Shown piece by piece: positions 47,525 through 58,439 of a DNA stretch of 64,000 bases. The stretch's first letter is position 1. Each line of letters starts with the position of its first letter. The notes beneath the pieces are model-generated. The model had not been told where the DNA came from, searched no databases, and saw only the letters and a list, made by a program, of their open reading frames with translations. The DNA comes from an uncultured Actinomycetota bacterium (GTDB lineage: Bacteria; Actinomycetota; Actinomycetes; JAHEKZ01), in assembly GCA_963743915.1 (NCBI GenBank), contig CAVURN010000005.1:207131-271130 (forward strand). The letters are read 5' to 3'. A program made the translations under genes and the position numbers.

Positions 47525-47965
47525 TCAGCCGACGATCAGGTCGAACTCCATGTCGTCGTTGTGCGGGTCGCAGACGACGCGGTAGCTGCCGGCGGTCAAG
47601 CGAAGCTTGAACACCCAGCGACCCGTCCCCCGCACGGTTGTCGCGATGGACTTTCCATTGCCGTACAGGTGCCAGTTGTGTCGTACCGTCGAGTCGCGGA
47701 CCACGATCCGGTAGCGGCCCGGGCTGGGTGTCCGGTCACTGATCTCGATGTCGCGGTCGTCGTTCACGATGCCGACCAGCTTGGGGAGAGTCCCGGCCCT
47801 GTTGCTCTTGGCGAGGCTGACGTCCTCACCGCGGTGTCCCGCATCTGTGTGATCCAGGTGACCGGACTCTGCGGACGCCATGCCGATGGCGCCGGCGACA
47901 AGCGCAGCGGCTGCCGCTGACGAGATGAGCAACGAGGAGAGCCTCACCCCGTCAACGGTAGCCAT
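47525..47965 (-). CDS. Secreted cupredoxin-like (type 1 copper) protein
   Basis: Signal peptide, upstream His (RHNWH), and a C-terminal C-x-P-H-x3-M ligand motif (VVCDPHNDDM). Confidence 0.55.
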   Translation of the reverse strand: MATVDGVRLSSLLISSAAAAALVAGAIGMASAESGHLDHTDAGHRGEDVSLAKSNRAGTLPKLVGIVNDDRDIEISDRTPSPGRYRIVVRDSTVRHNWHLYGNGKSIATTVRGTGRWVFKLRLTAGSYRVVCDPHNDDMEFDLIVG

Positions 47966-48029
47966 CCCCAGGCCCCACGTGTCGCAAGTTCACTAGGGTG
48001 GCCCACAGGCCGATCGCGAAGGGAACGCC

Positions 48030-48377
48030 GTGAGCACACCGGCAGGTTGGTACCCAGATCCTGACGATCCCGCGTCCCAGCGCTTCTTCGACGGCACGCA
48101 ATGGACCGAGCAGCGGATGCCGGCCGCACAACCTGGGTTCGAGTCACCACCCGCCGAAGGACCCTCGACGCCGGGCAACGGACTGTCGATCGCGGCCATC
48201 GCCTGCGGCATCGTGGCCTTGCTCATCTGTCCGATCTTGCTCGGTCCTGCCGGGATCGTCCTGGGCGTCATGGCCCTGCGCCGCGACGAAAGCCTCGCGA
48301 AAGTGGGCATCGGCGTCGCCGTGGGGGGCATGATCGGCGGCTTCGTCCTCGGAGCCGTCCTCGCATCGACGAGCTGA
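48030..48377 (+). CDS. DUF2510/DUF4190 small membrane protein
   Basis: N-terminal GWYPDPDDPASQRFFDGTQWT (DUF2510 pattern) followed by two TM helices. Confidence 0.6.
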   Translation: MSTPAGWYPDPDDPASQRFFDGTQWTEQRMPAAQPGFESPPAEGPSTPGNGLSIAAIACGIVALLICPILLGPAGIVLGVMALRRDESLAKVGIGVAVGGMIGGFVLGAVLASTS

Positions 48378-48378
48378 C

Positions 48379-49113
48379 ATGCCCGAGAACTACTTCGACG
48401 AAGCGGTGGCCGCAGGCTACGACGACGACTGCGACGACCTCGACCCCGCGGTGCTCGAGCAGACGGTCGACTTCCTGGTCGACCACGCACGCGGTGGTGA
48501 CGCGCTCGAGCTCGGCATCGGGACCGGTCGGGTGGCTCTGCCCCTCGCCGGCCGAGGAGTCTCCGTGCGTGGCATCGACCTCTCGGCCCCCATGGTCGCG
48601 AGGTTGCGGGCGAAGCCGGGTGGCGCGGATATCGAGGTGATCCTCGATGACTTCGCGCACGCGAAGGTCGCCGGCTCCTTCCGACTCGCCTACCTCGTGT
48701 TCAACACCATCACGAACCTCACCAGCCAGGACGAGCAGGTCGCGTGCTTCAGGAACGTCGCCGATCACCTCGAACCAGGCGGGCGCTTCGTCATCGAGGT
48801 GTTCGTGCCGATCCTTCAGCGGCTTCCCCGGGGTGAGACCACGCGCATCTTCCATCAGGACGCGCAGGGGTTGAGCTACGACGAGTACGACGTCTCCACC
48901 CAGCAGATGTACTCGCACCACTACTCGTTCAGTGACGGCACCTACCGGCTCAACTCCATTCCCTTCCGGTACGTGTGGCCGGCGGAGCTGGACCTCATGG
49001 CTCGCATCGCCGGATTGCATCTCGTGGAGCGCTGGGGCGGCTGGGACCGCGCCCCTTTCACCGCTGAGAGCACGTACCACGTCTCGGTCTGGGAGAAGGA
49101 GCCGTCGGCCTAG
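48379..49113 (+). CDS. Class I SAM-dependent methyltransferase
   Basis: Motif I ALELGIGTGR and a post-I acidic residue (GIDLS). 244 aa. Confidence 0.75.
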   Translation: MPENYFDEAVAAGYDDDCDDLDPAVLEQTVDFLVDHARGGDALELGIGTGRVALPLAGRGVSVRGIDLSAPMVARLRAKPGGADIEVILDDFAHAKVAGSFRLAYLVFNTITNLTSQDEQVACFRNVADHLEPGGRFVIEVFVPILQRLPRGETTRIFHQDAQGLSYDEYDVSTQQMYSHHYSFSDGTYRLNSIPFRYVWPAELDLMARIAGLHLVERWGGWDRAPFTAESTYHVSVWEKEPSA

Positions 49114-49397
49114 ACATCCACCGTCAGGCCGATGGTCACGGTGTGCCCCACTTGGAGCTTCTCCGCCCTCCGCACCTTGTCCTTCACCGGCACGATGTAT
49201 CCGCCGTCCTTCGGAAAGAGCGAGGTCGTCCACTCGGTGCGGCCGATCTGCGCGGAGACCGGGATCATGCCCCATCCATAGCTCACGAGGGGCGAGACGG
49301 CCTCCAGCTGCCCACACTCATCGTCCGGGACGGAAACGAAGTGGAACGGTGAAGGCCCCTTCCAGAACCACATCTGCCCGCTGAACTCCAGGATCAT
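49110..49397 (-). CDS. DUF1905 domain protein
   Basis: 95 aa; WFWKGPSPFHFVSVP...GWGMIPV pattern. Confidence 0.6.
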   Translation of the reverse strand: MILEFSGQMWFWKGPSPFHFVSVPDDECGQLEAVSPLVSYGWGMIPVSAQIGRTEWTTSLFPKDGGYIVPVKDKVRRAEKLQVGHTVTIGLTVDV

Positions 49398-49442
49398 GCG
49401 TCGAGAATAGGCGTCGCACTAGAGTGCACTCCTGGTCTGCGG

Positions 49443-50261
49443 ATGGGGTACACCATGAACGCACACGACGATCCGGTCGCGACCTTTCGCCAGCTGCACT
49501 CCACGGGATGTTTCGTCATGCCGAACCCTTGGGATGTCGGCAGCGCCCGTGCCCTCGAACGGATGGGCTTTCCTGCTCTGGCCACGACGAGCGCCGGCTT
49601 CGCGTGGACACAGGGGCGAGCCGACAACCACGTGACGCTCGAGCGGATGCTCGAACATCTTCGGGCCGTGGTGGGAGCCGTCCAGGTTCCGGTGAACGCC
49701 GACTTCGAAGGCGGCTTCGCGGTAGACCCGGTCGACGTGGCGACGAACGTGAGGCTGGCGACGGAAACCGGCATTGCGGGGATCTCGATCGAGGACTCAT
49801 CGGGTGACAGTGGTGATCCGCTCTTCGAGCTCGAGCTCGCGGTGGACCGGATACAGGCCGCTCGCAGCGCGATCGACAAGAGTGGCTCAGGCGTCTTCCT
49901 CACCGGTCGTTCCGAGGGGTTTGTCTGCGGGCGCCCCGACATCGACGAGACGATCCGAAGGTTGCGCGCCTACGCCGACGCCGGAGCGGACTGTCTCTAT
50001 GCCCCGCGCATCAGCAGCCTCGAGCACGTGGTCGCGATCGTGTCAGCGGTGGCGCCCAAGCCGGTGAACCTGCTGATCAACTCCCCCTTCACCACGGTCG
50101 CGGAGGCGGCACGGCTCGGCGTCCGGCGGATCAGTGTCGGAGGAACGCTCGCGCGCACTGCCTGGAAGGGCTTCTTCGAGGCCGCGAAGGAGATCGCTGA
50201 CACGGGAACCTTCACGCGCTTCGAGCACCTGCCGGATGTCGATGCCTTGATGGACAGGTGA
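49443..50261 (+). CDS. Isocitrate lyase/PEP mutase superfamily enzyme
   Basis: FVMPNPWDVGSAR ... GISIEDS pattern of the PEP mutase/ICL family. 272 aa. Confidence 0.7.
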   Translation: MGYTMNAHDDPVATFRQLHSTGCFVMPNPWDVGSARALERMGFPALATTSAGFAWTQGRADNHVTLERMLEHLRAVVGAVQVPVNADFEGGFAVDPVDVATNVRLATETGIAGISIEDSSGDSGDPLFELELAVDRIQAARSAIDKSGSGVFLTGRSEGFVCGRPDIDETIRRLRAYADAGADCLYAPRISSLEHVVAIVSAVAPKPVNLLINSPFTTVAEAARLGVRRISVGGTLARTAWKGFFEAAKEIADTGTFTRFEHLPDVDALMDR

Positions 50262-50276
50262 CGTTCGAGGTCACCG

Positions 50277-50591
50277 TTGATCGAGCGGTACCAGCCGGGT
50301 CAGAATCGGGCCATGTACCGGTCGGCGGATCCCGAGGATGGCGCCTCTCCCGCGGTGGATCCGGTCCAAAGGACGTACGACACCACCCTCACCGTGGAAG
50401 TCGACGGAGAGCTGTTTGCGGTCAGCGTGGGGACGGACGGCGACAATGACTACGTCTGGCTGACCGGCCCCAACCCCGGTTACGGCTTCGGTGAGAGTGG
50501 CCCGTTCGAGCGTTCGCTGGTCGACCACCGTGCGGCGATCCGGAACTTCCTCGACCAGATCGACCCGGAGACGGGCTACATCGAGGAGTGA
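50277..50591 (+). CDS. Hypothetical protein
   Basis: ORF with coding-like GC3 bias and no motif recognised. The start is uncertain. Confidence 0.35.
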   Translation: MIERYQPGQNRAMYRSADPEDGASPAVDPVQRTYDTTLTVEVDGELFAVSVGTDGDNDYVWLTGPNPGYGFGESGPFERSLVDHRAAIRNFLDQIDPETGYIEE

Positions 50592-50603
50592 GAGTGTGAG
50601 AGC

Positions 50604-51020
50604 TCACTTCGGAGTGGGCCAGCCTCCATAAGGCACCGTCAGGATCTCCAGGACGTGACCGTCAGGGTCGTCCCAGTACAAACCACGGCCACCGTCGTTG
50701 GTGTTGATCTGCTGCTCGAGCTCGTGGGAGGGGTCGGCCCAGTAGGGCAACCCCCTGTCGACCAGACGCCCGTGGATGGCGTCGAACTCGGCCTCGCTGA
50801 CCAGGAATGCGTAGTGCTGGGCGTGCACTTCTCCCTCCAGAAAGTCCAGCGAGATCCCGTTCGCCACCTCCACGACCGCGAAGGGGCCGAAGCTGCCTGG
50901 CTCGGGCAATCCGAGCAGCTCCGCCAAGAACCGCGCCGACCTGGTCTTGTCGCGGCAGTAGACGATGGTGTGGTTCAACTCGACCGGCATCATGTCCTCC
51001 GGAGGCGTGTGGCTGCTCAC
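50604..51020 (-). CDS. VOC (glyoxalase/bleomycin resistance) family protein
   Basis: 138 aa; LNHTIVYCRD ... HYAFLV ... GHVLEI metal-ligand pattern. Confidence 0.7.
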   Translation of the reverse strand: MSSHTPPEDMMPVELNHTIVYCRDKTRSARFLAELLGLPEPGSFGPFAVVEVANGISLDFLEGEVHAQHYAFLVSEAEFDAIHGRLVDRGLPYWADPSHELEQQINTNDGGRGLYWDDPDGHVLEILTVPYGGWPTPK

Positions 51021-51183
51021 TCTTCACTCTGGCACGAGCATCGTCCAGTGCTCTCCGCCAATCCGGTCTTCCGTAGCTCGGCACGGACGCCCTCCCGGTC
51101 AACGTCACGACACGCTGAAGTGGACCCCACCGGACGCGGCATCTGGTGGATCTCACCCGCCGGTGGTTGCCTACGATGCGTCC

Positions 51184-51378
51184 ATGAACGACGAGCCCTC
51201 CTTGCCGAAGGTCGGCGCACCCGCGACTCGTGCGCTCAACGCCGCTGGCTATCACTCGGTCAAGGACCTCGACGGTGCAAGCCGTAGGGCGTTGCTGGCA
51301 CTTCACGGAGTGGGCCCCCGCGCTCTCCGAATCCTGGACGAGGCCATGCGTGAGGGCGAGTTCTCACTGACCGACTAG
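51184..51378 (+). CDS. Small helix-hairpin-helix-like protein (hypothetical)
   Basis: 64 aa from ATG 51184. LLALHGVGPRALRILDEAM resembles an HhH motif. The upstream part of the ORF lies antisense to the VOC gene. Confidence 0.4.
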   Translation: MNDEPSLPKVGAPATRALNAAGYHSVKDLDGASRRALLALHGVGPRALRILDEAMREGEFSLTD

Positions 51379-51393
51379 AACCGTCGCCACTGA

Positions 51394-52467
51394 TCAGACG
51401 TTGAAGCGGAACTCCACCACGTCGCCGTCGTGCATGACGTAGTCCTTGCCCTCCATGCGGACTTTGCCCGCAGCTTTGGCATCTGCCATCGAACCGGTGG
51501 AGACCAGGTCGGCGAACGACACGACCTCCGCCTTGATGAACCCACGTTGGAAGTCGGTATGGATCACGCCTGCGGCCTCGGGGGCCGTGGCGCCCTTGCG
51601 GATCGTCCAGGCCCGGGCCTCCTTCGGGCCGGCAGTCAGGTACGTCTGAAGACCGAGCGTGTCGAAGCCGACCCGCGCCAGCAGATCCAGCCCACTCTCC
51701 TCCTGGCCGATCGACTGCAGCAGCTCCAGAGCCTCGGCCTCGTCGAGCTCGACGAGCTCGGCCTCGATCTTGGCGTCGAGGAAGATCGCCTCGGCGGGAG
51801 CCACGAGGGCGCGCATCTCGTCCTTCAGGGACTCGTTGACGAGCTCAGACTCGTCCATGTTGAAGACGTAGAGGAACGGCTTGGCTGTCAGCAGGAAGAG
51901 CTCACGCAGCGGTTCGAGGTCGAGACCCGCCGCGAACACGGTCGTTCCGGAGTCGAGTACGGCCTTGGCCTCCTCGACCGCCGCGACTTGGTCGCCCTTG
52001 CCCTTCACCAGGCGCGCCTCCTTCTGGAGTCGAGGCAGCGACTTCTCGAGGGTCTGCAGGTCGGCGAGGATCAGCTCGGTGTTGATGGTCTCGATGTCGT
52101 CCTTGGGTGACACAGCGCCGTCGACGTGCACGACGTCCGGGTCGTCGAAGACCCGAATCACCTGGCAGATCGCGTCGGCCTCGCGGATGTGGGAGAGGAA
52201 CTTGTTGCCCAGGCCTTGTCCCTCGGACGCCCCCCGCACGATGCCCGCGATGTCGACGAAGGAGACCGTTGCTGGGAGGGTTCGCTCCGAACCGAACATC
52301 TTCGCCAGCACGGGGAGCCGTTCATCGGGTACGCCGACGACCCCCACATTGGGCTCGATCGTGGCGAACGGGTAGTTCGCCGCGAGGACGTCGTTCTTGG
52401 TCAAGGCGTTGAAGAGCGTGGACTTTCCGACGTTGGGAAGCCCGACGATGCCGATGGTGAGTGCCAC
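51394..52467 (-). CDS. ychF: Redox-regulated ribosome-binding ATPase YchF
   Basis: GIVGLPNVGKSTLFNALT, DIAGIVRGASEGQGLGN, and the C-terminal TGS-like domain ending VVEFRFNV. Confidence 0.9.
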   Translation of the reverse strand: MALTIGIVGLPNVGKSTLFNALTKNDVLAANYPFATIEPNVGVVGVPDERLPVLAKMFGSERTLPATVSFVDIAGIVRGASEGQGLGNKFLSHIREADAICQVIRVFDDPDVVHVDGAVSPKDDIETINTELILADLQTLEKSLPRLQKEARLVKGKGDQVAAVEEAKAVLDSGTTVFAAGLDLEPLRELFLLTAKPFLYVFNMDESELVNESLKDEMRALVAPAEAIFLDAKIEAELVELDEAEALELLQSIGQEESGLDLLARVGFDTLGLQTYLTAGPKEARAWTIRKGATAPEAAGVIHTDFQRGFIKAEVVSFADLVSTGSMADAKAAGKVRMEGKDYVMHDGDVVEFRFNV

Positions 52468-52529
52468 GAGCCACCATCGTACGGACGCGCCTGACCGGAC
52501 TTGTCAGTCCCTCCGGGCACTCTGGTGCC

Positions 52530-53648
52530 ATGGACGTCACCACTGGTCTGCTGCTCACGCTCCTCGCACTGCTCGTCGGCGCCGCCATCGGCGCCGGACT
52601 GACGTGGCGACTCGCCACCCACAGGCTCCAGGACGCCCGCTCGGACACCCTCCCGACGGTCGCGCCCGAACAGCTCATCGCGCCGGTGACCGAAGCACTC
52701 ACGCGGGTCGAGCAACAGCTGTTGGACGCCGAACGCCACCGCGCGCAGGCCCACGGCCAGCTGCAGGCCGAGGTGAAGGCGATGAACGAGACGTCCCAGC
52801 TGCTGCGCACCGAGGCGTCCTCGTTGGTGGCCGCTCTCCGGGCCCCCCAGACACGCGGTCGCTGGGGTGAGGTGCAGCTTCGCCGAGTCGTCGAGCTGGC
52901 CGGTCTGGTGGAGCACTGCGACTTCACCGAGCAGCTGACGGTGGGCCGCTCCGACGACCGCCAGCGCCCCGACCTCGTCATCCACCTCGCCGGCGGCAAG
53001 AACATCGTGGTCGACGCCAAGGTGCCCTTCGCTGCCTACCTCGAGGCGAGCGCAGCGACCGATGAGGCGACCGCGCTCGACCGCCGGGCCGCCCACGCAC
53101 GCCATCTGCGCACCCACATCGACCAGCTCGCAGCCCGCGGGTACTGGGAGGCGCTCGCGCCCACCCCCGAGTTCGTCGTCCTGTTCGTCCCTGCGGAACC
53201 GTTCCTGTCGGCCGCACTCGACCACGACCCGACGCTGCTCGAGCACGCCTTCGCGCAGCAGGTCGTCGTGGCGACGCCGAACACCCTGGTGGCGCTGCTC
53301 CGGACCGTCGCCTACACGTGGAGGCAGGACGCTCTCACCGACAACGCCCAAGCGGTGCTGGCGACCGGACGCGAGCTGCACCAGCGGCTGGGCACCCTCG
53401 GTGGCCACCTGACGAAGGTCGGGTCCTCCCTGGAGGCCAGCGTCCGGGCCTACAACCAGGTCGTCGGCTCGCTGGAGTCCAGGGTGCTGGTGACCGCCCG
53501 TCGGTTCCACGACCTCAAGGTGGTCGACGAGCCCGTGGCCGCCCCGCACACCATCGACCTCGCCCCTCGGTTCCCGCAGGCGGTCGAGCTGTCCGACTCG
53601 CTCGAGCCACCGGGGTCCGACACCGAGCTGCCCCGGGCCACCGGGTGA
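52530..53648 (+). CDS. rmuC: DNA recombination protein RmuC
   Basis: N-terminal TM, a coiled coil, then RGRWGEVQLRRVVELAG...PDLVIHLAGGKNIVVDAKVP, typical of RmuC. Confidence 0.8.
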   Translation: MDVTTGLLLTLLALLVGAAIGAGLTWRLATHRLQDARSDTLPTVAPEQLIAPVTEALTRVEQQLLDAERHRAQAHGQLQAEVKAMNETSQLLRTEASSLVAALRAPQTRGRWGEVQLRRVVELAGLVEHCDFTEQLTVGRSDDRQRPDLVIHLAGGKNIVVDAKVPFAAYLEASAATDEATALDRRAAHARHLRTHIDQLAARGYWEALAPTPEFVVLFVPAEPFLSAALDHDPTLLEHAFAQQVVVATPNTLVALLRTVAYTWRQDALTDNAQAVLATGRELHQRLGTLGGHLTKVGSSLEASVRAYNQVVGSLESRVLVTARRFHDLKVVDEPVAAPHTIDLAPRFPQAVELSDSLEPPGSDTELPRATG

Positions 53649-53684
53649 CCTGACGGGACTGCTGAAGGCCTTACGGTAGGCGGT

Positions 53685-54149
53685 GTGTCCGCAACCGTCA
53701 GCAGTGATCGGCGCCCCAGCGTGAGCGCACCGGAAGGTCCACGGGAGCCCGAGGGTCGGCTGGTCCGATCCACCGCCCGGCTCGGCCTGACGTCCACCGG
53801 GGTGGCCCTGATCAGTGTCGCCGTCGGTCTGGTGGCGTCGATCATCGCGGAGCTGGTGACCGATGGGCTCGGCTGGGTCTTCGCCGTTCCCTTCATTCTG
53901 GTGTCGGTCTACTGCGCCTTCGAGGTGTCCGCCTCACAGCTGCGGGCCGCCGTCGTCACCCCGCCCCTCGTGGCCCTGCTGGTGGCGGTGATCAACCCGA
54001 TCTGGGCATCGGGCCAGGTGGCCGGAGTTCGCGGCTGGACCGTCAAGACCCTGACCACGCTCACGACGATGGCTCCGACTCTGCTGCTGGCGACCGGCCT
54101 GGCCGCGGCGATCGTCGGCTGGCGTTACTGGCGCGGTCGTTCGACCTGA
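53685..54149 (+). CDS. Hypothetical four-TM membrane protein
   Basis: 154-aa ORF with four hydrophobic segments and no functional motif. Confidence 0.45.
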   Translation: MSATVSSDRRPSVSAPEGPREPEGRLVRSTARLGLTSTGVALISVAVGLVASIIAELVTDGLGWVFAVPFILVSVYCAFEVSASQLRAAVVTPPLVALLVAVINPIWASGQVAGVRGWTVKTLTTLTTMAPTLLLATGLAAAIVGWRYWRGRST

Positions 54150-54161
54150 CGGTGACCCCCG

Positions 54162-55124
54162 TCACGCCTTGGCGGCCGCCTTCAGGTCCCGCCGCAGCTC
54201 CTGCGGCAGCGAGAAGACCAGCGACTCCTCGGCCGCGTTGACCGTCTCGACGTCGCCGTAGCCGCGCTCGGCGAGCCACGACAGCACACCCTCCACCAGG
54301 TCCTCCGGCACCGAGGCGCCGCTGGTGACGCCGACCGTCGACACCCCTTCGAGCCAGGCGGCGTCCACCTCGTCGGCGTTGTCGACGCGTATTGCGGACT
54401 TCGCGCCGGCATTCAGAGCGACCTCGACGAGGCGGACCGAGTTCGACGAGTTGCCCGACCCCACGACCAGCACGAGGTCGGAGTCCGAGGCCATCAGCTT
54501 CACGGCGGCCTGGCGGTTCTGCGTGGCGTAGCAGATGTCGTCGCTGGGTGGGCTCATCAGGTTGGGGTACCGCTGGCGCAGCCGATCGACGGTCTCCATG
54601 GTCTCGTCCACCGACAACGTGGTCTGCGACAGCCACACCACCTTGTCGGGGTCAGGGACGTGCACGTCATCGACGTGGTCGGGTCCGTCGACCAGAGTGA
54701 TGTGCTCCGGCGCCTGGCCCGAGGTCCCCACGACTTCCTCATGACCCTCGTGGCCGATGAGCAGGATCTGATACCCCTCGTTCGAGAACCGGCGCGCCTC
54801 GTGATGCACCTTGGTCACCAGGGGGCACGTGGCGTCGATCGTCCGCAGGTTCCGCTGAGCCGCCTCCTCGTGCACCGAGGGTGCGACCCCGTGGGCGGAG
54901 AAGATCACCAGGGCGCCCTCCGGCACCTCGTCGTTCTCGTCGACGAAGATCGCCCCGCGGGCCTCGAGGTCCTCGACCACGTGTCTGTTGTGGACGATCT
55001 GCTTGCGGACGTACACCGGGGCACCGTAGAGCTCCAGCGCCTTCTCGACCGTGACCACGGCTCGGTCCACACCGGCGCAGTAGCCCCGGGGGGAGGCGAG
55101 GAGCACGCGCTTGGCCGACGACAT
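54162..55124 (-). CDS. ispH: 4-hydroxy-3-methylbut-2-enyl diphosphate reductase
   Basis: [34 protein letters not shown] and SSNS motifs. Confidence 0.9.
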   Translation of the reverse strand: MSSAKRVLLASPRGYCAGVDRAVVTVEKALELYGAPVYVRKQIVHNRHVVEDLEARGAIFVDENDEVPEGALVIFSAHGVAPSVHEEAAQRNLRTIDATCPLVTKVHHEARRFSNEGYQILLIGHEGHEEVVGTSGQAPEHITLVDGPDHVDDVHVPDPDKVVWLSQTTLSVDETMETVDRLRQRYPNLMSPPSDDICYATQNRQAAVKLMASDSDLVLVVGSGNSSNSVRLVEVALNAGAKSAIRVDNADEVDAAWLEGVSTVGVTSGASVPEDLVEGVLSWLAERGYGDVETVNAAEESLVFSLPQELRRDLKAAAKA

Positions 55125-55177
55125 GCCTCCATCGTAGGTGGCCGAGTCAGGGACGCGACCGGTGGAAGAGCGGCGGC

Positions 55178-56425
55178 GTGAGGGTGGGGGCCCGTACGCT
55201 CGGCGCCGTGGCCCTGCAGACCTCTCCTGAGAAGCCGGCCGCCGTTCGGACGGTGGCCAAGGCGGTCGCGGGTTGGATCGACCGGCTCGGCGCCATCTGG
55301 GTCGAGGGGCAGGTGGCGCAGCTGAGCCGGCGGCCCGGTGCCGGCATGATCTTCCTCACCCTGCGGGACACCGCCGCCGACCTGTCCGTCACCGTGACGT
55401 GCTCGCGACGCGTCCTGGACGCCGCCGAGCCCACCATCGCCGAAGGTGACCGGATCGTCGTCTTCGCCAAGCCTTCGTTCTACGCCGCCCGCGGCACCTT
55501 CTCCCTCGCTGCCAGCGAGATCCGGCACGTCGGGCTCGGCGAGCTGCTTGCGCGTCTCGAGCGTCTCAAGTCCACCCTGGCCGCTGAGGGGCTCTTCGCG
55601 GTGGACCGCAAGCGGCCACTGCCGTTCCTGCCACGCGGCATCGGCCTCATCTGCGGACGGGCGTCCGCCGCCGAGCGCGACGTCGTCGAGAACGCGCGAC
55701 GGCGCTGGCCCTCCGTGCAGTTCGTGACGCGTGAGGTGGCCGTGCAGGGGCCGACAGCTGCGGCTGCGGTGACCGCCGCGCTGCGTGAGCTCGACGCGGA
55801 CCACCACGTCGACGTGATCGTCATCACCCGTGGGGGCGGTTCGGTGGAGGACCTGCTTCCGTTCTCGGAGGAGGGCCTGATCCGGGCGGTGGCGTCCGCG
55901 GCCACCCCGGTCGTGAGCGCCATCGGGCACGAGCAGGACTCCCCCCTGCTCGACCTCGTCGCCGACGTGCGGGCCTCCACACCGACGGACGCCGCGCGCC
56001 GGGTGGTGCCGGACGTCGAGGCGGAGCTCGACGCAGTGCTGAAGGCCCGGGGCCGAGTCCGCGAGGCAGTGCTGCTCCACCTCAACCGCGAGCAGCAAGG
56101 TCTCGACCACCTGCGGAGCCGGCCGGTGCTGGCCCAGCCCCAGACACTCGTCGATGCCCAGCAGTCCCTGGTCACCGACCTCGTCCGCCGGGCCCGGCGG
56201 AGCCTGACCACCCGCCTCGAGAACGCCACGCACGACCTGGCCCACACCCGGGCGCGGGTCCGGGCACTCTCTCCCCAGGCCACGCTCGACCGCGGCTACG
56301 CGCTCGTACAGACCGCTGAAGGAGCGGTCGTGCGTGAGCCGCCGCCACTGCATGCGCCGTTGCTCGTCCGCGTGGCAGCTGGCTCCTTCTCCGCCACCCG
56401 CACCGAACCCACGGAGGCCCCATGA
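55178..56425 (+). CDS. xseA: Exodeoxyribonuclease VII large subunit
   Basis: OB-fold N-terminus, [28 protein letters not shown]. Followed by xseB with a 4-nt overlap. Confidence 0.85.
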   Translation: MRVGARTLGAVALQTSPEKPAAVRTVAKAVAGWIDRLGAIWVEGQVAQLSRRPGAGMIFLTLRDTAADLSVTVTCSRRVLDAAEPTIAEGDRIVVFAKPSFYAARGTFSLAASEIRHVGLGELLARLERLKSTLAAEGLFAVDRKRPLPFLPRGIGLICGRASAAERDVVENARRRWPSVQFVTREVAVQGPTAAAAVTAALRELDADHHVDVIVITRGGGSVEDLLPFSEEGLIRAVASAATPVVSAIGHEQDSPLLDLVADVRASTPTDAARRVVPDVEAELDAVLKARGRVREAVLLHLNREQQGLDHLRSRPVLAQPQTLVDAQQSLVTDLVRRARRSLTTRLENATHDLAHTRARVRALSPQATLDRGYALVQTAEGAVVREPPPLHAPLLVRVAAGSFSATRTEPTEAP

Positions 56426-56640
56426 CCGACGCCGCAGCCACGCCCGAGATCGGGTACGAGGCGGCCCGCGACGAGCTCATCGACGTGGTCAAAAGACTCG
56501 AGGGTGGAGGCTTGACGCTCGAGGAGTCCATCGCGCTCTGGGAGCGCGGCGAGGCACTGGCCACCATCTGTCAGACCTGGCTCGAGGGCGCGCGCGCCCG
56601 GTTGGCGGCCGTGGCCCCCGAGGACGCCGAGGAGGCCTAG
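56422..56640 (+). CDS. xseB: Exodeoxyribonuclease VII small subunit
   Basis: 72 aa; [32 protein letters not shown] is the XseB pattern. Confidence 0.85.
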   Translation: MTDAAATPEIGYEAARDELIDVVKRLEGGGLTLEESIALWERGEALATICQTWLEGARARLAAVAPEDAEEA

Positions 56641-56651
56641 CCACGCAACCG

Positions 56652-57335
56652 TCAGCGCAGCGACGAGGCCAGCTCGGCCAGCTCAGGGACGTCTGCCTTT
56701 CCCGTCACGACGACGGTCACCGGCGGGTTGAGCCGATCGCGCACCAACACCAGTGCCTGCTGTCGGGTGGTCTCGGACTCCAGCTGCTGCCACGCCACCC
56801 CGTCGATCTCGACCTCACCCACGGGTAGCGCGCCGTCGAGCCACTCGTCGATGACGATGGCCGTCGAGGCGTCCGTCTGCTTCACCTCGGCATAGGAGTC
56901 GTCCGGCGTCACGTATCCCACGTGCAGGACACCGCCGTCGACGCCCGAGACGGTTGCACTGTCGAACCAGGCGCTGGTCGCCGTCCAGCCCTGGGGTGGC
57001 TTCGGCTCCCAGACCGCGAACGGTTCACCGGAACGCACCTGCGTCACCACGCGCTCGACGTCGACCGCTGGGCGGATCGGCCCTTGCACCTCGGGCCGCT
57101 GCCAGGCCACGACCCAGTAGGTGGCGAGCACCACGACGCCCACGACCGCCATGGACAGCACGATGTCGCGGATCGTCTCCGACCCTCGTCGGCGTCCCGG
57201 CCCGGAGCCAGCGGTGGATGTCACACGTCCATGGTTCCTCATGAACGGCCGAAGGGCGTCTTTGCGGGCGCATCGGACACTGATCGGCGTACTCCGGGCC
57301 ACGTGCTCCATCCGGGGGCCGAGGGGACTGAGCAC
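56652..57335 (-). CDS. DUF4245-like membrane-anchored protein
   Basis: One TM ([18 protein letters not shown]), in the conserved position between xseB and glpX. The start is uncertain; ATG 57242 is possible. Confidence 0.5.
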   Translation of the reverse strand: MLSPLGPRMEHVARSTPISVRCARKDALRPFMRNHGRVTSTAGSGPGRRRGSETIRDIVLSMAVVGVVVLATYWVVAWQRPEVQGPIRPAVDVERVVTQVRSGEPFAVWEPKPPQGWTATSAWFDSATVSGVDGGVLHVGYVTPDDSYAEVKQTDASTAIVIDEWLDGALPVGEVEIDGVAWQQLESETTRQQALVLVRDRLNPPVTVVVTGKADVPELAELASSLR

Positions 57336-57411
57336 TCCGATTCACGTTGGCACCGATGAGAGCCGGATCCGCGACGGATACGATCGACCCAGCCGACGTG
57401 AGGGGACCACC

Positions 57412-58410
57412 GTGACCGAGAGCTCGACCAAAGAGACGCCCGACCGCAACCTGGGACTCGAGCTCGGCCGGGTCACTGAGGCCGCCGCGATCGCCGCCTC
57501 CCGTTGGGTCGGGCGCGGCGACAAGAACGGCGCGGACGCCGCGGCCGTCGAGGCCATGCGTCAGCTGATCAACACCGTGAGCATGAACGGCACCGTCGTC
57601 ATCGGCGAGGGCGAGAAGGACGACGCACCGATGCTCTTCAACGGCGAGAAGGTGGGCGACGGCACCGGCCCGGACGTCGACGTCGCGGTGGACCCGGTGG
57701 ACGGCACCACGCTGACCGCCAAGGGCATGAACAACGCTGTCTCGGTGATCGCCGTCGCGGAGCGAGGCACCATGTTCGACCCCTCCGCCGTCTTCTACAT
57801 GGAGAAGCTCGCCGCCGGCCCCGAGGCGTCCGATGTCGTGGACATCCGCCTGCCGGCGAAGGAGAACATCCGCCGAGTGGCCAAGGCCAAGGGCATCGAG
57901 GTTCAGGACGTCACCGTCTGCGTCCTCGACCGTCCCCGTCACGACGGTCTCGTCCAAGAGATCCGCGCCACAGGCGCTCGGATCAAGTTCATCTCGGACG
58001 GCGACGTCGCCGGCGCGATCATGGCGTGCCGCGAGGACACCGGCGTCGACCTGTTGCTCGGGATCGGCGGTACCCCCGAGGGGATCATCTCCGCGGTGGC
58101 CATCAAGTGCTTGGGCGGCGTGATCCAAGGACGCCTGTGGCCGCAGGACGACGATGAGCGACAGAAGGCGATCGATGCCGGACACGACCTGTCGGCGATC
58201 CTGGCGACCGACGACCTCGTCAGCAGCGACAACTGCTTCTTCGCCGCCACCGGTGTCACCGACGGCGAGCTCCTGCACGGGGTCCGCTTCCACTCCGAGG
58301 GCGCTACCACGCAGACGCTGGTCATGCGCAGCAAGAGCGGCACGATCCGGTTCATGGAGAGCGACCACCGGCTCGGCAAGCTCAGGCGCTACGCGGCGGT
58401 GCAGTTCTGA
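57412..58410 (+). CDS. glpX: Class II fructose-1,6-bisphosphatase
   Basis: GTG 57412 follows [45 protein letters not shown] and GGTPEG motifs. Confidence 0.9.
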   Translation: MTESSTKETPDRNLGLELGRVTEAAAIAASRWVGRGDKNGADAAAVEAMRQLINTVSMNGTVVIGEGEKDDAPMLFNGEKVGDGTGPDVDVAVDPVDGTTLTAKGMNNAVSVIAVAERGTMFDPSAVFYMEKLAAGPEASDVVDIRLPAKENIRRVAKAKGIEVQDVTVCVLDRPRHDGLVQEIRATGARIKFISDGDVAGAIMACREDTGVDLLLGIGGTPEGIISAVAIKCLGGVIQGRLWPQDDDERQKAIDAGHDLSAILATDDLVSSDNCFFAATGVTDGELLHGVRFHSEGATTQTLVMRSKSGTIRFMESDHRLGKLRRYAAVQF

Positions 58411-58439
58411 CCTCCGAGGGGGCGATCGTCCTCGACGAG